A DNA stretch of 61,087 nt from Candidatus Woesearchaeota archaeon (GTDB lineage: Archaea; Nanobdellota; Nanobdellia; Woesearchaeales; WJIZ01). The notes under the pieces are model-generated. The model did no database searches. It saw only the letters and a list, made by a program, of their open reading frames with translations, and was not told where the DNA came from. The stretch spans positions 1 to 61,087 of the forward strand of contig JAAOYF010000027.1 in the NCBI GenBank assembly GCA_018221205.1, in the 5' to 3' direction. This document shows positions 36,854 through 45,282 of the stretch, piece by piece (position 1 is the stretch's first letter; each line of letters starts with the position of its first letter). The translations under genes were made by a program, and so were the position numbers.

Positions 36854-39271
36854 CTATTCCGGAGAGATGCCGAGTTTTTGTTCGAGTTTTGCGACGGAGA
36901 GCGTCGTCTTGATCACAGTATCTGGATTGAGGCTCATGGAGCCGATACCACATTGTACCACGAATTCTGCAAATTCGACGTAATCTGAGACAGATTGGCC
37001 GCAAATTCCGATGTATTTTCCTTTTTTGTTGCAGACTTCGATGACTTGTTTGACCAATTTCTTCACTGCGTCGTTCCTTTCGTCATAGACATGGGCAACC
37101 AATTCTGAATCTCTATCTACTCCTAATGTCAATTGAGTGAGATCGTTTGTTCCGATTGAAAAGCCGTCTACTACTTCCAAGAATTCTTCTGCTAAGATGA
37201 CATTTGAAGGAATCTCGCACATGCCGATGACCTTTAATCCGTTCTCTCCTCGTCTCAAGCCGAATTCTGCCATGGTCTCAATGACTTTCTTCGTCTCTTC
37301 GACAGTCCGGGGGAAAGGAATCATCACTTCTACATTCGTCAGACCCATCTCATTGCGTACTTTTAGGAAAGCCCTGCATTCCAAGCTGAATGCTTCCTTA
37401 TACTTATCAGAATAATAACGGGAAGCTCCACGCCAACCTATCATGGGGTTGTCTTCTTTAGGCTCAAATTGCTTGCCGCCTATCAGATTAGCATATTCGT
37501 TGGACTTAAAATCAGATAATCTGACAATGACCTTCTTCGGATAGAAAGCTGCGGCGATCATGCCTATTCCTTCAGCCAATTTATCGACGAAGTACTGGCC
37601 TTTGTCCTGCCAATTGAAGGTTGCGTCAGCAATTATCTTTTTCACTTCTTCATCCTGGACTTCATTGAATCTTAAAAGAGCGAGTGGGTGGATCCTGATG
37701 TAGGAATTGATGACAAATTCCTCTCTAGCCAAACCTACTCCTTCATTAGGGATGAAACTTTGCTCAAACGCTTGATCGGGAGCGGCAAGATTCATCATGA
37801 TCTTTGTCTTAGTCTTTGGGATAGAGCCTAGATCTGTCTCTTTCTTCTGGAATTTCAATAATCCTTTGTATACATAGCCGACTGCGCCTTGAGAGCAATC
37901 AATAGTCACATCTTCTCCTGAATGGACAGCTTCTGTTGCGTTCTGTGTTCCCACGACGCATGGAATACCTAACTCACGAGAGATGATGGCAGCATGGCAA
38001 GTCCTTCCGCCCCTGTTTGTCACGATCGCACCAGCTATCTTCATGATAGGTTCCCAATCTGGGTCAGTCATATCAGTTATGAGCACTTCTCCTTTCTTGA
38101 ACTGATTGATCTGATGCGTATCTTTGATGACATGGGCTTTTCCCTGGCCGATCTTCTCACCGACGGATTTTCCTTCAATAATGATTTCTCCCTTCTCTTC
38201 AAGGAGGTATTCTACCAGCTTGCTCATATCTTTTTGCGAATGGACAGTCTCAGGACGGGCCTGAACAATGAACAATTCATTTGTCACGCCGTCTTTTGCC
38301 CATTCCATATCCATAGGAGTGAATTTCCCTCTTTTTTCTGAGTAATGATCTTCAATGGTACAGGCCATCTTAGCCAATGCTAAAATCTCATCATCATTTA
38401 TGACGAATTTTTTCCTTTCTTCATCAGGAACATCGATATTTTTCGTAGGATGCTTATGGTCCATGGTATAGACCATCTTAATCTTCTTCTCACCAACACT
38501 TTTCTTGATTATTGGCCTGAAATTCTGTTTTAATGTGGGCTTGAAAATATAATATTCATCTGGATTTACAGCGCCTTGCACAACATTCTCTCCTAGTCCA
38601 TATGCCCCTGTGAGAAATACTGCATCTTTGAAGCCGGATTCAGTATCAATGGAGAACATGACTCCTGAAGATGCTATGTCAGAACGGACCATCTTCTGCA
38701 CGCCGATCGAAAGTGCGATAGAGAAATGATCGAAGTTCTTATCTTCTCTATAGGAGATGGCTCGGTTGGTGAATAAGGAAGCAAAGCACCTTTTACATGC
38801 GTCAATGATCATATCAGGGCCTTTGATATTCAAATAAGTCTCTTGTTGGCCTGCGAAGCTTGCGTCTGGCAAGTCTTCTGCAGTGGCAGAACTTCTTACA
38901 GCGCAATCGGTATTGTTCCCATACTCCTTGCACATATTTCCATATGCTTCGACGATCACATCCTTCAATTCAGGAGGGAATTCAAGATTCCTGATCAACT
39001 CCCTTACTTTTTGTCCGTGAGCTGCAAGATTATCCATATTACTGGTATCAAGATCTTTCAGGATGTCTTTTATCTTGTCTCTTGTCCCTGTTTTTTCTAA
39101 TAAATATCTATATGCATAGGCTGTCACGGCAAAACCATTCGGTATCTTGACTCCTTTCGGACTTAGATTACGGTACATCTCTCCTAGGGATGCGTTCTTG
39201 CCGCCCACCAACGGAACATCTTCAATGCCTAATTGATCAAACCATAAAATAAATTGATCTGCTTTGTTCAT
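36854..39271 (-). CDS. ppsA: Phosphoenolpyruvate synthase (pyruvate, water dikinase)
   Basis: 805-aa ORF with an ATP-grasp N-domain, a phospho-His swivel domain (GGRTCHAAIISRELGIPCVVG) and a PEP-utilising C-terminal TIM domain. Confidence 0.9.
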   Translation of the reverse strand: MNKADQFILWFDQLGIEDVPLVGGKNASLGEMYRNLSPKGVKIPNGFAVTAYAYRYLLEKTGTRDKIKDILKDLDTSNMDNLAAHGQKVRELIRNLEFPPELKDVIVEAYGNMCKEYGNNTDCAVRSSATAEDLPDASFAGQQETYLNIKGPDMIIDACKRCFASLFTNRAISYREDKNFDHFSIALSIGVQKMVRSDIASSGVMFSIDTESGFKDAVFLTGAYGLGENVVQGAVNPDEYYIFKPTLKQNFRPIIKKSVGEKKIKMVYTMDHKHPTKNIDVPDEERKKFVINDDEILALAKMACTIEDHYSEKRGKFTPMDMEWAKDGVTNELFIVQARPETVHSQKDMSKLVEYLLEEKGEIIIEGKSVGEKIGQGKAHVIKDTHQINQFKKGEVLITDMTDPDWEPIMKIAGAIVTNRGGRTCHAAIISRELGIPCVVGTQNATEAVHSGEDVTIDCSQGAVGYVYKGLLKFQKKETDLGSIPKTKTKIMMNLAAPDQAFEQSFIPNEGVGLAREEFVINSYIRIHPLALLRFNEVQDEEVKKIIADATFNWQDKGQYFVDKLAEGIGMIAAAFYPKKVIVRLSDFKSNEYANLIGGKQFEPKEDNPMIGWRGASRYYSDKYKEAFSLECRAFLKVRNEMGLTNVEVMIPFPRTVEETKKVIETMAEFGLRRGENGLKVIGMCEIPSNVILAEEFLEVVDGFSIGTNDLTQLTLGVDRDSELVAHVYDERNDAVKKLVKQVIEVCNKKGKYIGICGQSVSDYVEFAEFVVQCGIGSMSLNPDTVIKTTLSVAKLEQKLGISPE

Positions 39272-41064
39272 TTACCAAACACCTTCTGCACTGCTAAATT
39301 ATGTGCCTCTATGTAATTTTTTATCAAGATGCTCCAGTCTGCGCACGATGCCAATGATTTTGCTACTGTCTTGTTCTGGACCCTCTCTTTTCTATTCAAC
39401 ATCGAGTATTTGTAGAGGATATCAGCGAAATCCTGCACAACCTGATCATCTTTCTTCTTCATCCTTTTCAGGATGAAAATACCTTCTTTCTTCTTTGCAT
39501 GTTTTGAGATGAATCTGCCAAATCCAGCTAAGTCAGTCGTCACTGAAGGAATGGCCAAAGCAGCAGCTTCTAGCGGAGTGTAGCCCCAGGGTTCATAATA
39601 ACTGGGGAAGACACCCAAATGGGCGCCAGCGATCGTATCGTAATAGCTGAGATTGATCATCTCATCTGCACCGTCAAGGTAGACAGGATAGATTATCGCT
39701 TTCACCTTATCTTCTTCCCTATTCTGGAGGCCGTTGTTCTTGAGTTCAGTGATCATCGTATCTTTATCGTCCATATAGTGGGTGGAGAGAGGAGGATTTC
39801 CCTGGCGCTTAAAGTGCAAGACATCTTTTCTCAGGTGCTCAAAGAATTCTTCTGAGAAAATCATGTTCAAGGAAAGCTTTTTCCTGCTTACGATAGCAGA
39901 AACAGTCTTGTTGATGATATTATCTGAATTATAATCGACAAAATTCTTGATGTGGCGGAAATAGTTCTTGTTTTCCAATACTTGAGTATTCAAGCCGCCA
40001 TGGCCTGCAGGAATCCAGAAAAAGACAGAGATAGTCCTCTTCGTTTTTTCTTTTTTCAGGCGATCATTTAGCTTTCCTAATGCTTTGATGAAGATATCAA
40101 GGCCTTTATTGCGGAATTCATATCTTCCTAGGATGAAGAATATCAGATTGTGCTCTAATTCTATCGGATAGTAGGGGAAGAAGTAATAGGTGAGGAATTC
40201 CCTGATCCTTTCTCTTACTGTCAGGTGTTTGATAGATGTCTCTTCGATTGTCGGGAACTTTCCGATATCTAATCCATTCAAGACCAAGACATCTGCTTTT
40301 CTTCCTAAGAGCTTTTCTGCCTCAATCGCAGTTATTTCTGAAACTGTTGTGAAAACATCAGTTGTCTGGGCGCAGGACTTCTCTGTCAAATACTTTGTCT
40401 CGATCTTTAATCTATAGGCCTCTTCCTGTGGATTGACCTGCGCTAATTTCTCATAAAGAGGAAAGTTATTGCCAGCTAAAGCTCTTCCAAGCATGGTCGC
40501 ATGAGTAGTAAAGACTGTTCCAATCTTAACCTTGTTCTTTTTGAGGAACAATAGAGCATAGCCAGCAAGCCATTCATGGCAGTGCATGGTTGATTTCAAA
40601 GAAGGATATTTTTCAACTATCTTCTGGATAACTCTGGATGCAGCATAACTCCAGATAAGGGGCTCTTCGACATCCCATTGGGCATTCATCGAATCAATCT
40701 TATAATCTTCCCATAATTTTGCTTTCAGCTCATCCTTCTTCTCTTTGAGCTTTGAGCAATCGATCAAAATGGCATAGGGCTCACCCTTCACTTTCCATTT
40801 GCCGAAATGACAGAAAATCTGTTCATCAGCCACTTCTTTAAAAGCTTCTGCAATCTCAGGAGGAGGAGTCTCTTGGGTGAACTCAAACTTTGTCTTGCCC
40901 TCAAAGTAAGGGCCTATGAGATAATAGTGCTTGAAATGCTGCTTCATCAAAGCAGCCTTGGACATGACGACTGTATAGATGCCGCCTACTTTATTGCATA
41001 CTTCCCAGGATAGCTCAAATAGAAGGTCACTCTTGGCTTTCACTCTTTTACCTCTTTTTTTCAT
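39268..41064 (-). CDS. Glycogen synthase, eukaryote-type (GT3 family)
   Basis: 598-aa ORF. The N-terminal LFELSWEVCNKVGGIYTVVMSKA closely matches the GT3 glycogen synthase signature (FE..WEV.NKVGGIYTV). Confidence 0.75.
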   Translation of the reverse strand: MKKRGKRVKAKSDLLFELSWEVCNKVGGIYTVVMSKAALMKQHFKHYYLIGPYFEGKTKFEFTQETPPPEIAEAFKEVADEQIFCHFGKWKVKGEPYAILIDCSKLKEKKDELKAKLWEDYKIDSMNAQWDVEEPLIWSYAASRVIQKIVEKYPSLKSTMHCHEWLAGYALLFLKKNKVKIGTVFTTHATMLGRALAGNNFPLYEKLAQVNPQEEAYRLKIETKYLTEKSCAQTTDVFTTVSEITAIEAEKLLGRKADVLVLNGLDIGKFPTIEETSIKHLTVRERIREFLTYYFFPYYPIELEHNLIFFILGRYEFRNKGLDIFIKALGKLNDRLKKEKTKRTISVFFWIPAGHGGLNTQVLENKNYFRHIKNFVDYNSDNIINKTVSAIVSRKKLSLNMIFSEEFFEHLRKDVLHFKRQGNPPLSTHYMDDKDTMITELKNNGLQNREEDKVKAIIYPVYLDGADEMINLSYYDTIAGAHLGVFPSYYEPWGYTPLEAAALAIPSVTTDLAGFGRFISKHAKKKEGIFILKRMKKKDDQVVQDFADILYKYSMLNRKERVQNKTVAKSLASCADWSILIKNYIEAHNLAVQKVFGK

Positions 41065-41096
41065 CTTTAAGGAAAGGGCATTATTTATATCTTTCC

Positions 41097-41702
41097 TTAA
41101 TCATAGACATATATATGTGAATCAGGCCAATCAGTCTTGATTTTTCCAGCCCTCATATTCCTTTTGGGAAGGTAGTTCCTGGCAATCCTCAAGGTGTCTG
41201 AAATCGGTATGGTTATGGTCTCTTTTACACAACCATGGCCAAAATGGGCATGTAATTCGTTTATCAATTCAGCATTATAGATCTCAATCAAGTCCTCTCT
41301 CTTATGGCTTTCAATAACCATTATCAAAGCGATATTTCCCATGTACTCACCAATCTGGGTAGAAACTAAATGCTTTGGAAAGAATCTGGCAGCTTTCTCA
41401 GATTGCTCAAACCGCTCCAGGACAGCTTTTCTGGTTATACCTTCTTTCAGCATAATGATGAACATGCTTCGGCCAGTGAAGGTACCTGTACCCTTTGGCG
41501 TGTTGTTCAGATAGCAGAAATAGTTGATGAGGTTGTTTTCTTCAAGCAGTTTCCTTTTTCGATTTGTGGTCTTAAGTGGCACATTTGTTCTTATCGCAAT
41601 CTGGTTGTCAGAGATTCTTGGGTCTCTGATGAGTTCCCGGACGATTAGTTTTTCTTGTTCATCAAGTTGGTACATAATATCTATTCCCCCTATTCTTGAC
41701 AT
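41097..41702 (-). CDS. Lrp/AsnC-like HTH transcriptional regulator
   Basis: 201-aa ORF. The N-terminal LIVRELIRDPRISDNQIAIRTNVPLKTTNRKRKLLEE resembles the Lrp/AsnC wHTH domain. The C-terminal domain is uncharacterised. Confidence 0.45.
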   Translation of the reverse strand: MSRIGGIDIMYQLDEQEKLIVRELIRDPRISDNQIAIRTNVPLKTTNRKRKLLEENNLINYFCYLNNTPKGTGTFTGRSMFIIMLKEGITRKAVLERFEQSEKAARFFPKHLVSTQIGEYMGNIALIMVIESHKREDLIEIYNAELINELHAHFGHGCVKETITIPISDTLRIARNYLPKRNMRAGKIKTDWPDSHIYVYD

Positions 41703-41869
41703 GAGTATGTCAATATACTAGTTATACAACTATATATATGTTTCTTTTTTCATGATAGGGTTGTTGTCATTAGAAAGTAACGAGAAACCTTTTTTAATAG
41801 ATTTACCATAGGAGTACTTTAAGATAGATGGTATGCTATCATTGACATGATTGTGTAAAAAGGGAGAGC

Positions 41870-43075
41870 ATGAGAGTATTGATGTTTGGGTGGGAATTTC
41901 CGCCAATGAGTTCTGGAGGTTTGGGTACGGCTTGCTATGGACTCACCAAAGGATTGAGCCAGCACGGTATTGGAGTTACCTTTGTCATGCCTTATGTCTC
42001 TGAAGGTGTAGATGCTGAATTTGTCAAGCTGTTGCCTGCCAATACAGCCCAGAAGATTAAGATGGTTGGTGTGGATAGCCCTCTTCATGCTTATATCACC
42101 TCAAGCGAATATCAGGAATTTCTGCTGACCTATAAGAAAACGGGTAAGCAGAACAAGCTCTATGGGCATAATCTGTTTGAGGAAGTGTATAGATTTTCTA
42201 TGAAAGCTGCGCTCATAGCTCAGCATGAGCAGTTTGATGTCATTCACTGCCATGATTGGATGACCTATGAGGCAGGCATCAGAGCACGGGAAGCCTCTGG
42301 AAAGCCTATGGTGATCCATGTCCATGCCACTGATTTTGACCGTACTGGTGGAAATGTCAATCAATTGGTGTATGACATCGAAAAAAGAGGGATGCATGCT
42401 GCTGATATGATCATCGCAGTTTCGCAATTCACCAAGAACAAGATTGTTGAGCATTATGGCATCAATCCTGATAAAGTCACGGTTGTACACAATGCGGTGA
42501 CGCAGGAGGAGAAACCTCGTTTCCATATCAATAAACATGATAAGATTGTGCTGTTTTTGGGAAGGATAACCCTGCAGAAAGGTCCGGACTACTTCATCGA
42601 AGCAGCGCGAAAGTGCCTTGAATTCGACCCAAACATCAGATTCGTCATTGCTGGAACAGGGGATATGGAAGGCCAGATTATACAAAGGGCAGCAGAATAC
42701 GGCATCGGCGACAAAGTCCTTTTTGCCGGATTTGTCAAGGATGAAGATCTTGATAGGATGTACCAGCTGGCAGATGTGTATGTGATGCCTTCTGTCTCAG
42801 AACCTTTTGGCATCACTCCTCTGGAAGCGATGAAAAATGGCACACCCTGCATCATCTCGAAACAGAGTGGAGTCTCGGAAGTCATCACCCATTGCCTTAA
42901 AGTTGATTTTTGGGACATCAATCAGCTTGTCGATAAGATTCTCAGTGTATTGAAACATGAGGAATTACATCATGCTCTCAAGGAACACGGTGCTCTAGAG
43001 ATCAAGAATTTCACCTGGCGGGAGCCAGCAGGGAAATGCGTTGACGTTTATAAAAAAGCGATAGCAGGGGGCTAA
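41870..43075 (+). CDS. GT4/GT5 glycosyltransferase, archaeal glycogen-synthase-like
   Basis: 401-aa ORF. The N-terminal MRVLMFGWEFPPMSSGGLGTACYGL and the E-x7-E motif EPFGITPLEAM fit GT-B retaining transferases. The glycogen gene context supports the assignment. Confidence 0.65.
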   Translation: MRVLMFGWEFPPMSSGGLGTACYGLTKGLSQHGIGVTFVMPYVSEGVDAEFVKLLPANTAQKIKMVGVDSPLHAYITSSEYQEFLLTYKKTGKQNKLYGHNLFEEVYRFSMKAALIAQHEQFDVIHCHDWMTYEAGIRAREASGKPMVIHVHATDFDRTGGNVNQLVYDIEKRGMHAADMIIAVSQFTKNKIVEHYGINPDKVTVVHNAVTQEEKPRFHINKHDKIVLFLGRITLQKGPDYFIEAARKCLEFDPNIRFVIAGTGDMEGQIIQRAAEYGIGDKVLFAGFVKDEDLDRMYQLADVYVMPSVSEPFGITPLEAMKNGTPCIISKQSGVSEVITHCLKVDFWDINQLVDKILSVLKHEELHHALKEHGALEIKNFTWREPAGKCVDVYKKAIAGG

Positions 43076-43078
43076 GAA

Positions 43079-43328
43079 ATGGTAAGTGTATGCTTGAGGT
43101 CTTTCAAAGACCTCGGAGAAGAGCACAAGGAGGAACTCCTCAAAAATCGGAGTTCCCCAAGGCAAAGAGGGACAACAACATGGTAAGTGTATGCTTTGAG
43201 ATTTTTGCAAAAAATCTCGTAAAAAGCGTGGGTTTCGCTTTTGTAGGCAAAGCCTACAAACCTTTGAGCATAGCTCAAAGTTCGCTCAAGCCCACGATTA
43301 GGGGGATAACATGGTAAGTGTATGCTTT
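43079..43328. repeat. Elements B1/B2: triplicated start-codon segment ATGGTAAGTGTATGCTT separated by 84-nt and 114-nt hairpin inserts
   Basis: Copies lie at 43079..43095, 43180..43196 and 43311..43327; the third is the GH57 start. B1 contains the hairpin GAGGTCTTT-C-AAAGACCTC. B2 contains GAGATTTTT-GCA-AAAAATCTC, GTAGGC-AAA-GCCTAC and CTTTGAGC-ATA-GCTCAAAG, all nested inside CGTGGG...CCCACG. Confidence 0.9.
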
Positions 43329-44501
43329 TATTTTCAAGTGCATCAGCCGTACAGAATCAGAAATTATTCAGTCTTTGATATCGGCAATAACAATCAGTAT
43401 TGGTTTAATGATAAAAATAAACAGATCATGGAGAAGGTCGCGAAGAAATGCTATATTCCTACCAATAAAGTCTTCCTGAATCATCTGCGGAATAATCCAG
43501 AGTTCAAGATCAGCTATTCTTTTTCAGGGGTTGTCCTTGACCAATTTGAGGAGTATGCTCCTGATGTCCTTCGGAGCTTCCAAGATCTTGTCGATACTGG
43601 CCAGGTCGAGGTGCTTGATGAAACTTATTACCACAGCCTGGCTTATCTCTATTCAAAAGATGAGTTCAAAGCACAGGTAAAACTTCATAATAAGAAGGTG
43701 AAGGACCTCTTCGGCTACAGCCCGTCTGTCTTCAGAAACACAGAACTGGTCTATAACAATGAACTTGCTAAATTTGTTGAAGATATGGGCTATAAAGGAA
43801 TCCTGGCAGAAGGTGCAGACCACATCCTCGGATGGAGAAGCCCTAATTTCCTCTATCGACCTGTGACGTGCAATAATATCAAGCTGCTGCTGAAGAATTA
43901 TAAGCTCTCAGATGACATCGCATTCAGATTCTCGAACAAAGGATGGAATGAGCATCCATTGACTGCACCAAAATTTGCAAAATGGGTGAACCAGACAAAC
44001 GGGAACGGGAACGTCGTCAACCTGTTCATGGATTACGAGACTTTCGGCGAGCACCAATGGGAAGACACCGGCATATTCAAGTTTCTAGAAGCGATGCCCC
44101 ATGAACTGCTCAAGCACCCAGACAATAAGTTCATCACGCCGAGCGAAGCTGTCAAGAGCTTCGAGCCTGTAAGTGACCTAGACATCCATAACATCATCTC
44201 ATGGGCAGACATCGAACGAGATCTGAGCGCATGGCTCGGCAACAGCATGCAGCAATCAGCAGCAACAAAGATCTACCAAATCGAGAAAAGAGTAAAGGAA
44301 CTGAACGATCCGAAGCTATTGGAAGACTGGCGAAAATTGCAGACGAGCGACCATTTCTATTATATGTGCACGAAGTGGTTTGCAGACGGTGATGTGCATC
44401 GGTATTTCAATCCCTATGAAAGCCCTTATGACGGCTTCATCGCATTCATGAACATCCTGAATGATATGCACAAAAGAATAGCACCACCAATTCCAGCATA
44501 A
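43311..44501 (+). CDS. Glycoside hydrolase family 57 protein
   Basis: 396-aa ORF. The N-terminal FYFQVHQPYRIR and MDYETFGEHQWE segments are typical of GH57 alpha-glucan-active enzymes. Confidence 0.75.
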   Translation: MVSVCFYFQVHQPYRIRNYSVFDIGNNNQYWFNDKNKQIMEKVAKKCYIPTNKVFLNHLRNNPEFKISYSFSGVVLDQFEEYAPDVLRSFQDLVDTGQVEVLDETYYHSLAYLYSKDEFKAQVKLHNKKVKDLFGYSPSVFRNTELVYNNELAKFVEDMGYKGILAEGADHILGWRSPNFLYRPVTCNNIKLLLKNYKLSDDIAFRFSNKGWNEHPLTAPKFAKWVNQTNGNGNVVNLFMDYETFGEHQWEDTGIFKFLEAMPHELLKHPDNKFITPSEAVKSFEPVSDLDIHNIISWADIERDLSAWLGNSMQQSAATKIYQIEKRVKELNDPKLLEDWRKLQTSDHFYYMCTKWFADGDVHRYFNPYESPYDGFIAFMNILNDMHKRIAPPIPA

Positions 44502-44812
44502 TGGCACCACGACTGACTCCGGAATATGCAGAGCACCTTTTAGCGACAGCACCATCTGACAAGAATTTCCATATCTTCAACGGACCTATGGTACACTGCA
44601 TCGAGGAACTGCATCAAGCATTGCGGCAGATATCTGAAGAGCAGTTCAAGCACCATAAGAACAACAGCAAGAATGATTTCTATAACTGGATATTATTGGT
44701 TGTGGGAGATATTAAATTAGCGAATGACATTGCCCGTGCCAAGACGAAACAGACCATGCTCAAAAGAATAGATGAGAGGATATCCTATCTGAAAAGCAAG
44801 GTGAATAGATGA
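44501..44812 (+). CDS. Small conserved protein, N-D-F-x-N-W motif family (paralog a)
   Basis: 103-aa ORF: FHIFNGPMVHCIEELHQALRQISEEQFKHHKNNSKNDFYNWI. It parallels the next ORF. Confidence 0.5.
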   Translation: MAPRLTPEYAEHLLATAPSDKNFHIFNGPMVHCIEELHQALRQISEEQFKHHKNNSKNDFYNWILLVVGDIKLANDIARAKTKQTMLKRIDERISYLKSKVNR

Positions 44813-45282
44813 AACATTATACCTTCAACCGGGATGCAGGAGAGAACAGTTTTTGGTTAGCCAGTGGAGAGGAGCTTTCTACCATCAAGGACCTGTATCA
44901 TGAACTCGCACATATGAGTGATGATACTTTCAATACTCATGTCAACGCAGGCAAGAATGACTTTGCTAACTGGGTAGACCATGTCTTTGAAGAGCATACT
45001 CTATCATCTAAACTCGTGCAGGCATCGACTAGAGATGAGATGAAGACCGCATTAGGAAGCTGGATGCATGATATCATCCATGAATCGAGCAATATCCGCC
45101 ATGCCTATAAGAAGACCATGCATCATGCGAAAACCATGGGAGAGAAAGTTAAGGAGCACTCACAGAAGCATGTCTCCTGGATCTTTTCGAAGGATCATCC
45201 ATTGAGAAAAGGCATGCTTGATTTTTTACTGGGATTTTTCATAGGGGCTTTATCAGTCTTCTTTATCTTCAATGCTCTCTAA
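44809..45282 (+). CDS. N-D-F-x-N-W motif family protein (paralog b) with C-terminal TM helix
   Basis: 157-aa ORF: FWLASGEELSTIKDLYHELAHMSDDTFNTHVNAGKNDFANWV. C-terminal hydrophobic helix LLGFFIGALSVFFIF. Confidence 0.5.
   Translation: MKHYTFNRDAGENSFWLASGEELSTIKDLYHELAHMSDDTFNTHVNAGKNDFANWVDHVFEEHTLSSKLVQASTRDEMKTALGSWMHDIIHESSNIRHAYKKTMHHAKTMGEKVKEHSQKHVSWIFSKDHPLRKGMLDFLLGFFIGALSVFFIFNAL

Noticed and set aside
35682-39271. Intein in PEP synthase
   Set aside because: ppsA is uninterrupted and ends with its own stop codon. The LAGLIDADG ORF is separated by 137 nt, has its own ATG and lacks flanking splicing blocks, so it is free-standing.
43079-43090. ATGGTAAGT / ATGGTAAGA at elements B and C resembling eukaryotic 5' splice sites (GTAAGT)
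   Set aside because: Archaea have no spliceosome. No branch-point or 3' AG logic fits, and the similarity is most simply the codons Met-Val-Ser/Arg.
43090-43317. 75-aa ORF in the track spanning elements B1/B2
   Set aside because: It is a by-product of the triplicated start segment: it runs in the frame of the second ATG copy and stops at the TAA inside the third ATGGTAA. It is reported as part of the repeat finding, not as a gene.
43079-43328. Possible mini-CRISPR array (three identical 17-nt repeats with 84- and 114-nt spacers)
   Set aside because: The repeats are too short and the spacers too long and unequal. The repeat is the start of a coding gene, the spacers are themselves related palindromic modules, and no cas genes or leader are present.
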